The translations under genes and the position numbers were made by a program. Under the pieces are notes generated by a model. It made no database searches, was not told where the DNA came from, and worked only from the letters and a program-made list of their open reading frames with translations. This document shows positions 49,726-60,684 of a stretch of DNA of 64,000 nt, piece by piece. Source of the DNA: an uncultured delta proteobacterium. Its GTDB lineage: Bacteria; Desulfobacterota; BSN033; UBA1163. Location of the stretch: positions 192,001 to 256,000 of the forward strand of contig CAWHBU010000002.1 of NCBI GenBank assembly GCA_963827685.1, read 5' to 3'. Each line of letters starts with the position of its first letter. Position 1 is the first letter of the stretch.

Positions 49726-51303
49726 ATGACAATTAGTAAGTGGATGACTGTAGGAACAGTCCTTAAAATGATGGCGATGCATTACCCGAATAAGGAAGGG
49801 GCAGCGGACAAATTTCGGAGGTTGACGTTCAAGCAGTGGAATGAGAGGAGCTGTCGTTTAGCCAATGCACTGAACAAAATGGGTGTCCAAAAGGGAGATC
49901 GCTTTGCTATATTGGCCTACAATTGTATTGAATGGTTAGAGATCTATGCGGCGGCTGCAAAAGGGGGTCAAATCTGTGTGCCGATTATGTTTCGTCTTGC
50001 CCCTCCCGAAATGGAATATGTGATCAACCATGCAGAATGCAAGGCCTTTCTTGTTGCAAAGGATTTTGTTCAGACGGCCAATACCATTCGTGGAAAACTT
50101 ACCACTATTCCGAAAGAAAATTTTATCTATTGGGGAGATGATAAAACGCCAGAAGGATATCAGCACTACGAATCCATCATCGCCAAAGCATCCCTTGATG
50201 AACCAGATGTTGTTGTAGACGGAGAAGATATCTGGACTTTTATGTACACCTCAGGAACCACTGGTAAACCCAAAGGGGTGGTTCGAACCCACGAAAGCAA
50301 CCTCGGTCAGTACCTGTTGAGCGATCTCTGTATGGGCGTCAGGCCCAGTGATTGCGTTATGCTCGTCATGCCTATGTGTCACGTCAACTCAATTTTTTAT
50401 TCTTTTGCTTATACCTACGTAAGTGCAAAGTGCTTCGTCTATAACATGGTCAGCTTTGATCCGGAGGATCTGCTGAAAACGATTGAAAAAGAGAAGATTA
50501 CCTATACCTCCCTCGTTCCCACGCACTATATAATGATGCTTTCCCTCCCCGATGAGATTAAGAAGAACATCAATGTCAGTTCAATTCGACAACTCTTAAT
50601 CTCCTCCGCACCCGCCCGGAAGGATACCAAATCGGCCATCATGGAATATTTCAAAAATGCAGAACTCTGGGAGGCCTATGGTTCAACAGAAGCAGGACTC
50701 GTAACACTGCTCAGACCAGAAGAACAATTTAAAAAATTGGGCTCCATCGGGAGGGAGATCTGGGGAACGGACCGGATCAAGATTTTGGATGAAAACGGAA
50801 ATGAAGTGCCGAGAGGGCAGGTGGGAGAGCTTTACTCACGGACAGCATCTATTTTTAGGGAGTACTGGAAAGATCCCGAAAAGACGAAATCCGTTTTCCG
50901 GGGAGAATGGTTCTCAGCAGGGGATATGGCTTATCAGGATGAAGATGGATATTTTGTTTTAGTGGATCGAAAAGCAAACATGATCATCACCGGAGGTGAA
51001 AATGTCTTTCCCTCAGAGATTGAAAATGTATTGGGGTCCCATCCTGCCGTCAAATATGTGGCAGTGATTGGGATCCCCCATGAAAAATGGGGTGAGTCGG
51101 TAAAGGCTGTGGTAACCCTGCATCAAGGAAAGACAGCCACTGAGAAAGAACTCATCGACCATTGCAGAGGGAAGATCGCAGGATATAAGATTCCGAAATC
51201 AGTCGATTTCATCAAGGATGAAGAAATGCCCATGACTCCCACAGGGAAAATCCTCCATCGTATTCTAAGGGAGAGATATGGAAAATGGAGTGATGTGAAG
51301 TAG
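49726..51303 (+). CDS. AMP-dependent acyl-CoA synthetase/ligase
   Basis: YTSGTTGKPKG, YGSTEAG, SAGDMA, DRKANMIITGGENV, TGKI. Confidence 0.92.
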   Translation: MTISKWMTVGTVLKMMAMHYPNKEGAADKFRRLTFKQWNERSCRLANALNKMGVQKGDRFAILAYNCIEWLEIYAAAAKGGQICVPIMFRLAPPEMEYVINHAECKAFLVAKDFVQTANTIRGKLTTIPKENFIYWGDDKTPEGYQHYESIIAKASLDEPDVVVDGEDIWTFMYTSGTTGKPKGVVRTHESNLGQYLLSDLCMGVRPSDCVMLVMPMCHVNSIFYSFAYTYVSAKCFVYNMVSFDPEDLLKTIEKEKITYTSLVPTHYIMMLSLPDEIKKNINVSSIRQLLISSAPARKDTKSAIMEYFKNAELWEAYGSTEAGLVTLLRPEEQFKKLGSIGREIWGTDRIKILDENGNEVPRGQVGELYSRTASIFREYWKDPEKTKSVFRGEWFSAGDMAYQDEDGYFVLVDRKANMIITGGENVFPSEIENVLGSHPAVKYVAVIGIPHEKWGESVKAVVTLHQGKTATEKELIDHCRGKIAGYKIPKSVDFIKDEEMPMTPTGKILHRILRERYGKWSDVK

Positions 51304-51494
51304 GGAACGTATTAAACCTCTCTAAGTCGTTTATCTTTACTCTTGAACATTAGCCCCCCACCTTTTCCCCCATGGGGGGGAGGGGGGTAATTTTTTCTTG
51401 CAAAATACCTTGGCATGGGATATGTTAAAAGTCACCAAGGGTTCAAGCCGCCCTTGGTTTCATTTTGTTAGGGCGATGTGAAGAGGAGCTTCGC

Positions 51495-53087
51495 ATGTTA
51501 AAGAGTCTGAGGTGGAAAGCAATACTATATGGGGCCATCGCTGTTTTTGCCATTGTTCTTCTTGTGCCCACTGTGACTTCTCAATTGCCCCAATGGTGGA
51601 GTAAGGTCCTGCCTTCTGAGAAAATCCATCTTGGTCTCGATCTGCAAGGGGGAATGTATCTTCTCCTCGGGGTACAGGAAGATAAGGCCGTTGAAAGCTA
51701 TGTGGAGCAGATCAAGAATAATCTGAAAGACGACCTGAAGGACCAGGGAATTCCGGTTGGAAAATTGGAAACAGAGAAAGACCGCATCCTTCTAGAATTC
51801 TCAGGAGCCAAAGAAAAAGTAGATAATCTTCTGAGCCGGCAGTTTACCATGCTCCGTGAACTGTCTTCTTCCGGGGAAGGAGGGATATGGAAATACCAGT
51901 TGCTTCTCGACAGTAAGGAGACAGAAAAGATTAAGAAGAGAGCGATTGATCAGGCCCTGGAGATTATCCGGAATCGAATCGACCAGTTCGGCGTTTCAGA
52001 ACCCGAAATTACCCTTCAAGGGACGGATCAGATCTTGGTCCAACTTCCTGGTATCAGGGATCCCCAGAGGGCCATCAATCTGATCGGCCAGACAGCCTTG
52101 TTGGAATTCAAGCTGTTGGATGAAGAGGGAAACATCGACGAGGCATTAAAAGGGAATATTCCTCCCGAGGACAATATCCTGTACCGGAGGTCTGTGGACT
52201 ACAAGACAGGAGCCGTGAGAAAGGAACCTTTCCTGCTTAAAGAGAAGACTTTGATGACCGGTGAGTTTATAAAGGATGCCCGGGTGACCCTCGATTCACA
52301 ATTCCACCAACCTTATGTGGCCTTTGAGCTTACCGATGTTGGGGGGAAACTTTTTGAGCAGATCACCGGCGCAAATGTAGGGAAACGTTTGGCCATCATT
52401 CTTGACAATAATGTCTATTCGGCGCCCGTTATAAAGAATAGAATCCCAGGGGGCAAGGCCATAATCGAAGGCACCTTTACAACCGATGAGGCTAATGATC
52501 TGGCGGTCGTTCTCAGATCAGGCGCACTGCCCGCGCCCGTTAAAATCCTTGAGCAAAGGACCGTGGGACCCTCCCTCGGACAGGATTCGATCCACAAAGG
52601 AATTGTCTCCACTTTGATTAGTGCGGCTCTGGTTGTTCTTTTTATGGTCGTCTACTATAAGTTCTCAGGGATGATTGCAGATGTCGCCCTCGTTTTGAAT
52701 ATTATCATCACGCTGGCAGTCCTCGCTCTCTTCCGTGCAACCCTTACCCTTCCAGGCATTGCCGGTTTAGTCCTTTCGGTTGGAATGGCAGTTGATGCCA
52801 ATATCCTGATCCATGAGAGGATCAAAGAGGAGCTGAGGTTCGGAAAGACGGTTCGAGCAGCGATCGATCAGGGCTATCATCGGGCTTTCTCTGCTATTAT
52901 CGATTCTAATTTAACGACGTTTATCTCGGGGATTATCCTTTATCAGTTTGGGACAGGGCCGGTGAAAGGATTTGCCGTCACCCTGAGTATTGGCATCTTG
53001 GCCAATCTTTTCACCGCTGTTTATATTACAAGGGTGATCTTCGATTACGTCAGCCTTAGACCAGGAGTCAAAAAACTTAGTATTTAG
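51495..53087 (+). CDS. secD: Protein translocase subunit SecD
   Basis: LGLDLQGG, NRIDQFGVSEP, LRSGALPAP, VGPSLGQDSI, GMAVDAN; start at MLKSLR. Confidence 0.96.
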   Translation: MLKSLRWKAILYGAIAVFAIVLLVPTVTSQLPQWWSKVLPSEKIHLGLDLQGGMYLLLGVQEDKAVESYVEQIKNNLKDDLKDQGIPVGKLETEKDRILLEFSGAKEKVDNLLSRQFTMLRELSSSGEGGIWKYQLLLDSKETEKIKKRAIDQALEIIRNRIDQFGVSEPEITLQGTDQILVQLPGIRDPQRAINLIGQTALLEFKLLDEEGNIDEALKGNIPPEDNILYRRSVDYKTGAVRKEPFLLKEKTLMTGEFIKDARVTLDSQFHQPYVAFELTDVGGKLFEQITGANVGKRLAIILDNNVYSAPVIKNRIPGGKAIIEGTFTTDEANDLAVVLRSGALPAPVKILEQRTVGPSLGQDSIHKGIVSTLISAALVVLFMVVYYKFSGMIADVALVLNIIITLAVLALFRATLTLPGIAGLVLSVGMAVDANILIHERIKEELRFGKTVRAAIDQGYHRAFSAIIDSNLTTFISGIILYQFGTGPVKGFAVTLSIGILANLFTAVYITRVIFDYVSLRPGVKKLSI

Positions 53088-53146
53088 TCTCCGCTTCCTT
53101 CCCTTCATAGACAGGGGTTGCGGGGGATTAGAGGCGCAGAACTTTT

Positions 53147-54061
53147 ATGGAATTAATCCCACACGATACCCGTTTCGATTTTATCGGGAAAAAGAAGATT
53201 ACGCTTTGGATCTCAACGCTGGCTATCCTTATAAGCTTCGGATCCATTCTGTATCACGGAGGATTGAGATATGGAGTCGACTTTTCAGGAGGTCTGGTGG
53301 CTGAGATCAAGTTCTCGAAGCCCATTGATATCTCCGAACTTCGGAATGCCACGGATGCAATAGGTCTAAAGGATGCAGTGGTTCAAAAATTTGGAGGGGA
53401 GAATGAGTTCTTGATTCGGATAGAAAAAACTTCCAGCGATTTGGAAGCGATGTCAAAATCGATTCAAACCTCTCTTCAGGAGCAATTCAAAGGCAAGCCC
53501 CTGGAAATTCGGAGAGTGGAAGTGGTGGGTCCGAAGGTCGGAAAAGATCTGAAGGAGAAAGCCATGTGGGCTGTGGGCTTAGCTTTCGTGGCCATCCTCA
53601 TCTATGTGGCGTTCAGGTTTCATGAATTTTCCTATGGGCTTGGGGGCATCGTTGCCCTGTTCCACGACGTGGTGGTGACATACGGTGCTATCTCCGTCTT
53701 CAATATAGAATTTTCTCTAAATGTTTTGGCTGTTATTCTGACGATCATCGGTTTTTCAATCAATGATACGATCGTCATTTTCGACCGGGTCAGAGAGAAT
53801 ATCAAGAAGATGAGAAAGGAAGACCTAACGACGATTTTTAATGTGAGCATCAATGAAACGCTCGGAAGAACCATTCTTACTACCGGAACGGTCATGATGG
53901 TGGTCTTGATCCTCTTCTTCTTAGCAGGAGAGGTGATCCATGATTTCACGATTGCTCTGATTGTCGGGTTGATTACCGGGACTTATTCTACCGTCTATAT
54001 CGCGAGCCCTGTTGTTCTGTTTTGGGAACAAAATATTTCAAGAAGAAGGAGAAGAAGCTAA
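53147..54061 (+). CDS. secF: Protein translocase subunit SecF
   Basis: GVDFSGG, VGPKVG, ALFHD, GFSINDTIVIFDRVREN, GTYS. Confidence 0.96.
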   Translation: MELIPHDTRFDFIGKKKITLWISTLAILISFGSILYHGGLRYGVDFSGGLVAEIKFSKPIDISELRNATDAIGLKDAVVQKFGGENEFLIRIEKTSSDLEAMSKSIQTSLQEQFKGKPLEIRRVEVVGPKVGKDLKEKAMWAVGLAFVAILIYVAFRFHEFSYGLGGIVALFHDVVVTYGAISVFNIEFSLNVLAVILTIIGFSINDTIVIFDRVRENIKKMRKEDLTTIFNVSINETLGRTILTTGTVMMVVLILFFLAGEVIHDFTIALIVGLITGTYSTVYIASPVVLFWEQNISRRRRRS

Positions 54062-54167
54062 GCTGATAGGTGGCCAATTTGCACCGCCACCTGAGTTAGG
54101 CGGCGCCTTGTCACTATTGACACCAGTGAGATCATTGTCTTAAACTGAATATTTTTAAGGTGACGGA

Positions 54168-54596
54168 ATGAAAACTTATCAAGCCAAAAGAGAAGAGTTG
54201 GACCATAAATGGTACCTGGTAAATGCCGAGGGTAAGGTTTTAGGGAGACTGTCTACCGAGGTGGCAAAAATACTGAAAGGAAAGAATAAGCCCACTTATA
54301 CCCCCCATCTGGATACGGGGGATTTTGTGATCGTAGTAAATGCAGGGAAAGTGACATTAACTGGAAAGAAGATGAAAGACAAGATCTATTATCATCATAC
54401 AGGTTATCCGGGTGGGATTAAAGAGATGAATGCTGAGAAACTCCTAGCAAAAAAACCCACAGAGATGATCCGGATGGCGGTAAAGGGAATGCTTCCTAAA
54501 ACCAGTTTGGGCCGTCAGATGCTCAGAAAGCTGAAAATCTATGCGGGCCCGAATCATCCGCATGAGTCGCAGAAACCTGTATCCCTTGAGATTTAA
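54168..54596 (+). CDS. rplM: 50S ribosomal protein L13
   Basis: [39 protein letters not shown]. Confidence 0.98.
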   Translation: MKTYQAKREELDHKWYLVNAEGKVLGRLSTEVAKILKGKNKPTYTPHLDTGDFVIVVNAGKVTLTGKKMKDKIYYHHTGYPGGIKEMNAEKLLAKKPTEMIRMAVKGMLPKTSLGRQMLRKLKIYAGPNHPHESQKPVSLEI

Positions 54597-54734
54597 TCTT
54601 CTTCCTCCCTCCCCAATGACGAGGGAGGGTTGCGGGTGGGGGTGAAAAAAGGAATTTGTTCCCCCTCCCCTCTATCCCCTCCCACCAAGGGAGGGGAGAT
54701 GGTGATTAAATTTGACTGAAGGAGAGAGAAGAAA

Positions 54735-55124
54735 GTGACAGAACCCATTTATGCTACAGGCAAAAGAAAGACCTCCATCGCAAGGGTTTGGCTTGAACCC
54801 GGAGAAGGGAAGTTCGTTATCAACGAAAGGGCATTGAAAGAGTATTTCGGAAGAGAAACCAGCGAAATGGTCATCTTTCAGCCCCTTGATATTACAGGAA
54901 CTCGAAATCAATTCGATATCACTGTCAATGTTCACGGGGGAGGGGAGTCCGGGCAGTCCATTGCCATCCGCCATGGGATTGCAAAAGCCCTTCTCCAGTA
55001 CAATGCCGATTTTAAGGATTCTCTAAAAAAAGCCGGATTTCTCACACGTGATTCAAGAGTCAAAGAGCGGAAGAAATATGGGAGGAGAGGAGCGAGGCGA
55101 AGACCGCAGTACTCTAAGAGATAA
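54735..55124 (+). CDS. rpsI: 30S ribosomal protein S9
   Basis: [39 protein letters not shown]. Confidence 0.98.
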   Translation: MTEPIYATGKRKTSIARVWLEPGEGKFVINERALKEYFGRETSEMVIFQPLDITGTRNQFDITVNVHGGGESGQSIAIRHGIAKALLQYNADFKDSLKKAGFLTRDSRVKERKKYGRRGARRRPQYSKR

Positions 55125-55150
55125 TTCCATGATCCTATTGGACTTGTTTG

Positions 55151-55182
55151 AAAAGGGAGGTCATGGTGCCTCCCTTTTTTTT
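55151..55182 (+). terminator. Rho-independent terminator after rpsI
   Basis: aaaagggagg-tcatggtg-cctccctttttttt. Confidence 0.8.
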
Positions 55183-55190
55183 GTAATTTC

Positions 55191-55288
55191 TGTAGCGCTC
55201 CCATTTATTGGGGGCGAATAACCGTCGGCAGTAAATGCCGACGCTACATCATTTGTATGGAAAGTAGCGTCCCCATTCACCGGGGACG
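55191..55288. repeat. GTAG-type REP doublet plus a third REP
   Basis: Near-identical to 8900-8962; extra gtagcgtccccattcaccggggacg at 55264. Confidence 0.75.
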
Positions 55289-55306
55289 AAATAGAAAAGG
55301 TGACCT

Positions 55307-56347
55307 ATGAAAACGAAAGTGGGTATCATTGGGGCAACGGGTTATACAGGGGTGGAGCTCCTCCGCCTTCTCCTTCATCACCCTCAGGTGGAGGTCACCG
55401 CGCTAACCTCACAGAAATATGCTGGAGTTCCAATTGACCAAGTTTTTCCGTCCCTGGCAAAACATCTCCAATTGAAGTGTGAAGAACTTACGGTTGACCA
55501 AATTTCGAAGAAAACAGATCTTATCTTCGTAGCGGTTCCTCATAAAACAGCCATGGAAATCGTCCCATTATTTTATCGGCAAGGGAAGAGGGTGGTTGAC
55601 CTGAGTGCAGATTTTCGATTCAAGGATGCTGGCGTCTATGAACGGTGGTATCAGAAGCATACCTCGGCAGATTTACTCTCGGCATCTGTCTATGGTCTCC
55701 CTGAACTTCATCGAGAGGAGATCCGAAATGCAAAAATTGTTGGGAACCCAGGATGTTATCCAACCGGAGCCTTGATTGGTCTCATTCCCCTGGTGAAAAA
55801 AGGGATAATCTCGCTTGAAAATATTGTGATTGATTCCAAATCCGGGGTCAGCGGCGCGGGGAGAGATGTGGTTTTGGAATCTCTTTTCTGTGAGATCAAT
55901 GAAGGTGTAAAGGCTTATAAAGTATTTGACCATAGGCACCTCCCTGAGATCGAGCAAGAACTGAGTGAAATGGTCGAGAAAAAAGTGGCGGTGACCTTTG
56001 TACCTCATCTTATTCCAATGGATCGAGGGATTTTGACGACCCTGTATCTTGTCCTGACAAAAAAGTGGAAGACAGAGGAAGTTTTAAACACCTTTCAAGA
56101 GCATTATCAAAAAGAACCCTTTATTCGAATTTGCCCGAAAGGCAAACTTCCCAATACAAAAGATGTCCGAGGTTCAAATTATTGTGATATCGGAGTGAAG
56201 GTAAACGAGTCAGCTAGTCGGGCCGTTGTTGTCACGGCGATTGACAATTTGGTCAAGGGCGCTTCCGGCGAAGCCGTCCAAAATATGAATATCATGCTGG
56301 GATATCCTGAGACCATGGGACTGGATGTGTTGCCGCTCTTTCCCTGA
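55307..56347 (+). CDS. argC: N-acetyl-gamma-glutamyl-phosphate reductase
   Basis: GATGYTGVEL, DLSADFR, NPGCYPT, SGVSGAG, DNLVKGASG. Confidence 0.97.
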   Translation: MKTKVGIIGATGYTGVELLRLLLHHPQVEVTALTSQKYAGVPIDQVFPSLAKHLQLKCEELTVDQISKKTDLIFVAVPHKTAMEIVPLFYRQGKRVVDLSADFRFKDAGVYERWYQKHTSADLLSASVYGLPELHREEIRNAKIVGNPGCYPTGALIGLIPLVKKGIISLENIVIDSKSGVSGAGRDVVLESLFCEINEGVKAYKVFDHRHLPEIEQELSEMVEKKVAVTFVPHLIPMDRGILTTLYLVLTKKWKTEEVLNTFQEHYQKEPFIRICPKGKLPNTKDVRGSNYCDIGVKVNESASRAVVVTAIDNLVKGASGEAVQNMNIMLGYPETMGLDVLPLFP

Positions 56348-56515
56348 AGCACAGAGTGCATGGTGTAGGTCTTGATTCACAATTCATAACTCATAACTCT
56401 GAAGCCTTAAATCCTCACTCCCAAACAAAGAGTCTAAATTCCGCAATCCGCGTTCCGCAATTCTGGTTTCTTTCCATTTTACAACCCCACCGGATTCTGT
56501 TAGATTATTTTTGAA

Positions 56516-59122
56516 ATGACGACGAGACCTTTGACCCCCGTGATCAAACAATATCTCCAGATTAAGAGTCAATATCCAGATTCCATTCTTTTCTTCAGAA
56601 TGGGCGACTTCTATGAGATGTTCTTTGAAGATGCCCGTGTGGGTTCTCGAGAACTGGACATTGCGTTAACCTCAAGGGATAAAGGGCAAAAGGATAGCGT
56701 CCCTCTATGCGGGGTTCCTTATTTTGCGGCCGAAACCTACATCTCCAGATTGTTACAGAAAGGATATAAAGTTGCCCTCTGTGACCAAGTAGAAGACCCA
56801 AAGTTCGCCAAAGGGATTGTCAAAAGAGAAGTGGTCAGGGTTTTTACTCCAGGCCTGGTGATCGATACCATCCAATTGGGGACTGGAGAAAATAATTACT
56901 TGATGGGGTTTTCCGCGGAAGGGGAGGTTTTCGGGCTTGCCTTCTTGGACATTTCGACGGGCGAACTGAAAGCCTGTCAAATCTCAGGATTTGAGCCCTT
57001 TCTGAGCGAAGCCCTTCGAAACGAACCGAAAGAGATTTTATCCCTCAAAAGATTTCAGGAGCATCCCTGTCTTGAAGGATTTAAAAAGAATTTTGGGAAT
57101 GGTTTGATTACCTATTTGGACGATCCAAAATTCGATGCCATCCCTTCTTTGAAGCAGAACGAATGGAGTGCGATCCTCCGGAAAGCACCTTTAGCTGCCC
57201 AAGCCGTGGCCATGGTCCTTCATTACGCAGAGGAGAACCAGAAAAAGCCGCTCTCCCACATCCGTCCCCTCTCTTTCTATCAGGTCCAGGATTTCATGGT
57301 CATCGACGAAGTGACGAAGAGAAATTTGGAACTGACGCAATCCCTCTTTGATCAGGGGAAGAGAGGTTCTCTCTTCTGGTTTTTAGATGAAACGATCACC
57401 CTGATGGGAAGTCGGACATTGAAGCAGTGGTTAAATTACCCGTTGATCGATATCAAGGAAATCGAGCACCGTTTGGAAGGGGTCTCCGAACTGAAGGAGA
57501 AGAAGATAGAAAGGAAACAACTGAGAGAATCCTTGAGAGGGATTCAGGACATCGAAAGATTGACCTCCCGAATCTTCCTTGGACATGCCAATGCTCGGGA
57601 TCTCATCGGATTGAAAAATTCACTCCAAAACTTACCCCTTCTTAAAGCAAATCTTCAGCCCTTTGACACCTCCCTCATCAGAGAGTTTGCATCGGAAATT
57701 GAGAACTTCGATGATCTTGATCAACTTCTCGAGTCCTCCATCGTAGATCATCCGCCCCTGACGATTAAAGAAGGAGGCATGATCAAGCCGAGCTATGATA
57801 AGGAATTAGATGCTTTAAGAGAGATTGGTCGGGAGGGAAAAGGATGGATCCTTCAGTTGGAAGCAGAGGAGAGGAAGAAGACAGGAATTTCCTCCTTGAA
57901 GGTTCGATATAACCAAGTCTTTGGATATTATATTGAAGTGACCAAGAGCAATCTTCACCTCGTTCCAGACCATTATATTAGAAAGCAGACTTTGGTGAAT
58001 GCTGAACGATTTATAACCCCGGAACTCAAGGAATTTGAAACTAAGGTGTTAGGGGCTGAAGAGGCAATCTGCCAGCTGGAATACAGGCTCTTCGAAGAAA
58101 TCCGGAAAAGAGTCTCAGACGAAACCCCGAAGCTTCAAAAAACAGCTTCTGCCATTGCGGTCATAGATATTCTGGGCTCCATGGCAGAGATTGCAGATCG
58201 GTATGATTATGTCCGACCCATTGTGGATGAAGAGGATGAGATACTGATCCTGGACGGAAGGCATCCTGTCCTGGAAAGAATGGGGCTTTCGGAAAGATTT
58301 GTTCCCAACGATACTCAAATGAATAGCCAAGAGCATCAGCTTCTCATTATCACGGGGCCGAATATGGCGGGTAAATCAACTTATTTAAGACAAGTCGCCC
58401 TTATCGTTTTGATGGCGCAGATGGGGTGTTTTGTTCCGGCGAGTGAGGCAAAGATCGGTGTGGTGGATCGGATCTTCACCCGAATTGGTGCCCTGGACAA
58501 TATCATGAGAGGCCAAAGCACCTTCATGGTGGAGATGACGGAGACGGCTCGCATTTTAAATCAGGCGACCTCGAGAAGTCTTGTCGTTTTGGATGAGATT
58601 GGAAGAGGGACCAGTACTTTTGATGGATTGAGCATTGCCTGGGCCGTAGCTGAATATCTCCACGACCTTCCCTTGCTCAGGCCGAAGACCCTTTTTGCAA
58701 CGCACTACCATGAATTGACGGAGCTGGCTCTAACAAAGGAGAGGGTCAAAAATTATAATGTGGCAGTAAAGGAGTGGGGCGGAGAAATTATCTTTCTCAG
58801 AAAGATTGTGGAAGGAGGAACCAACCGTAGTTATGGTATTCAAGTGGCTCGATTGGCGGGCCTCCCCCAAAAAGTGATTGATCGGGCAAAAGAGATCCTT
58901 TCCAACCTGGAGAAAGGCGAATTGGATGCAATGGGGATGCCAAAAATCGCAACGACAAAAATACCAACCTCGAAGCCCAAACCTCCTTTACAACCTTCAT
59001 TGTTTGCTCAGCCCGATCGCATCCGATCTGAGTTGAAGAAGATCAGGCCCGATCAGTTAACTCCTCTCGAGGCCTTAAATATTCTGGATGAGTTGAAGAA
59101 AAAGGCTGAAAAGGAAGAATGA
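56516..59122 (+). CDS. mutS: DNA mismatch repair protein MutS
   Basis: FFRMGDFYEMFFEDA, TGPNMAGKST, STFMVEM, DEIGRGTST, FATHYHEL, SYGIQVA. Confidence 0.98.
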   Translation: MTTRPLTPVIKQYLQIKSQYPDSILFFRMGDFYEMFFEDARVGSRELDIALTSRDKGQKDSVPLCGVPYFAAETYISRLLQKGYKVALCDQVEDPKFAKGIVKREVVRVFTPGLVIDTIQLGTGENNYLMGFSAEGEVFGLAFLDISTGELKACQISGFEPFLSEALRNEPKEILSLKRFQEHPCLEGFKKNFGNGLITYLDDPKFDAIPSLKQNEWSAILRKAPLAAQAVAMVLHYAEENQKKPLSHIRPLSFYQVQDFMVIDEVTKRNLELTQSLFDQGKRGSLFWFLDETITLMGSRTLKQWLNYPLIDIKEIEHRLEGVSELKEKKIERKQLRESLRGIQDIERLTSRIFLGHANARDLIGLKNSLQNLPLLKANLQPFDTSLIREFASEIENFDDLDQLLESSIVDHPPLTIKEGGMIKPSYDKELDALREIGREGKGWILQLEAEERKKTGISSLKVRYNQVFGYYIEVTKSNLHLVPDHYIRKQTLVNAERFITPELKEFETKVLGAEEAICQLEYRLFEEIRKRVSDETPKLQKTASAIAVIDILGSMAEIADRYDYVRPIVDEEDEILILDGRHPVLERMGLSERFVPNDTQMNSQEHQLLIITGPNMAGKSTYLRQVALIVLMAQMGCFVPASEAKIGVVDRIFTRIGALDNIMRGQSTFMVEMTETARILNQATSRSLVVLDEIGRGTSTFDGLSIAWAVAEYLHDLPLLRPKTLFATHYHELTELALTKERVKNYNVAVKEWGGEIIFLRKIVEGGTNRSYGIQVARLAGLPQKVIDRAKEILSNLEKGELDAMGMPKIATTKIPTSKPKPPLQPSLFAQPDRIRSELKKIRPDQLTPLEALNILDELKKKAEKEE

Positions 59123-59299
59123 GAGATGCAAGTCCAAATGCCAAAGTTCAAATGCCAAATGAATGTCAAAGTTCCAAATCCAGGTTAAGGTTAAGGCTAA
59201 GGTTTAGGATTTTGTTGTTCAACCCTTGACCTCAACCTCAGCCTCAACCTTTATCTTGCGGTTTTGGTTTTTGACATTTTACGTTTCCGGTTGAGAAGG

Positions 59300-59947
59300 A
59301 TGGTTGATTTCTCGAAGGCAAGATTGAAGATGGTGGAGGAGCAGATCGTCTCCAGAGGAATCAAAGATGCCAAGTTGATCGCTGCCATGAAGAAAATCCC
59401 TCGCCATCTCTTCGTAGAAGAAGCTCTCCAAAACCAAGCCTACAGCGATCATCCTCTGCCCATTGGGGAAAAACAGACCATTTCTCAACCCTATATGGTC
59501 GCGTTGATGACCGAAGCATTGCTGCTAACCGGGAAGGAAAAGGTGTTAGAGATCGGTACGGGATCTGGATATCAGACAGCGATTGTAGCTGAATTGTCTG
59601 AGAAGGTCTTCTCTGTAGAAAGGATTCGTCCCCTGGCCATTCGGGCAAGAAAGTTACTCTATGAATTGGGGTATTTCAATGTTGAAATTAAGATCTTTGA
59701 TGGGACCTTTGGATGGATGGCAGAGAGTCCGTTTGATGCAATTCTTGTTACAGCAGGATCTCCTGACATTCCACAAACTCTGATCGATCAACTGGCGATG
59801 GGTGGAAAGTTGGTCATTCCTGTGGGAGATGCTTTTGTCCAAGATTTGTTTCGGGTGACTAAGACAGAAGAAGGAGTAAAAAAAGAAGACTTAGGCGGTT
59901 GCCGATTTGTCAAGTTGATAGGGAAATATGGGTGGAAAACCGAATGA
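59300..59947 (+). CDS. pcm: Protein-L-isoaspartate O-methyltransferase
   Basis: [33 protein letters not shown]; ATG 59300. Confidence 0.95.
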   Translation: MVDFSKARLKMVEEQIVSRGIKDAKLIAAMKKIPRHLFVEEALQNQAYSDHPLPIGEKQTISQPYMVALMTEALLLTGKEKVLEIGTGSGYQTAIVAELSEKVFSVERIRPLAIRARKLLYELGYFNVEIKIFDGTFGWMAESPFDAILVTAGSPDIPQTLIDQLAMGGKLVIPVGDAFVQDLFRVTKTEEGVKKEDLGGCRFVKLIGKYGWKTE

Positions 59948-60650
59948 AAAATTTTTTTTAGCGTTATTTTTTGTTTCGACGGTCTTCTTCTTGAATACTT
60001 GTGCTCGTCACAGGACCCCGGTCGAAAAACCACCTTCACCTCCAAAGACAACACGAGTTTATCATGTGGTGGAGAGGCACCAAACCCTCTACCGTATCTG
60101 TAAAACCTATGGGGTCGACCTCAAAGAGGTTGCCTCTTTAAACAAAATTGCGGATCCAAGCAAGATTGACACCGGTCAACGGATTTTTATACCAGGGGCG
60201 AAGAAAGTTTTGAAAGTTGAGATCTATATTGACGATGTGGCAGCAGAACAGGGGGAAAGGGCAAAGATTGCTTACAGAAAACTTGATTTCATCTGGCCTG
60301 TTGAAGGGAAAATTACCGACGTTTTTGAAGGGGCGGAAAGCAGAAGGCATCAGGGAATTGACATCGCCTGTCCCACCGGGACACCGATTAAGGCTTCAAA
60401 TGCGGGGACGGTTATGTACTCCAATAACACCATCAAAGGATACGGGAACCTGGTCATTATTCGCCATTCCGAAGAGTACGTCACGGTTTATGCCCACAAT
60501 CAGGTGAATCTGGTAGAGGAGAGGACATGGGTGGAAAAGGGGCAAATTGTCGGGAAGGTGGGCCAAACAGGAAGGGCATCAGGTCCCCATCTCCATTTTG
60601 AAATCCGAAGAAATAACAAAGCCATAGACCCCCTATTATTTTTAAAATAA
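59928..60650 (+). CDS. LysM + M23 peptidase lipoprotein (NlpD-like)
   Basis: FLNTC lipobox-like, [13 protein letters not shown] Lys[20 protein letters not shown]; follows pcm. Confidence 0.88.
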   Translation: MGGKPNEKFFLALFFVSTVFFLNTCARHRTPVEKPPSPPKTTRVYHVVERHQTLYRICKTYGVDLKEVASLNKIADPSKIDTGQRIFIPGAKKVLKVEIYIDDVAAEQGERAKIAYRKLDFIWPVEGKITDVFEGAESRRHQGIDIACPTGTPIKASNAGTVMYSNNTIKGYGNLVIIRHSEEYVTVYAHNQVNLVEERTWVEKGQIVGKVGQTGRASGPHLHFEIRRNNKAIDPLLFLK

Positions 60651-60684
60651 ACACATCCACGGTCATATCTTCATATATCATGAG

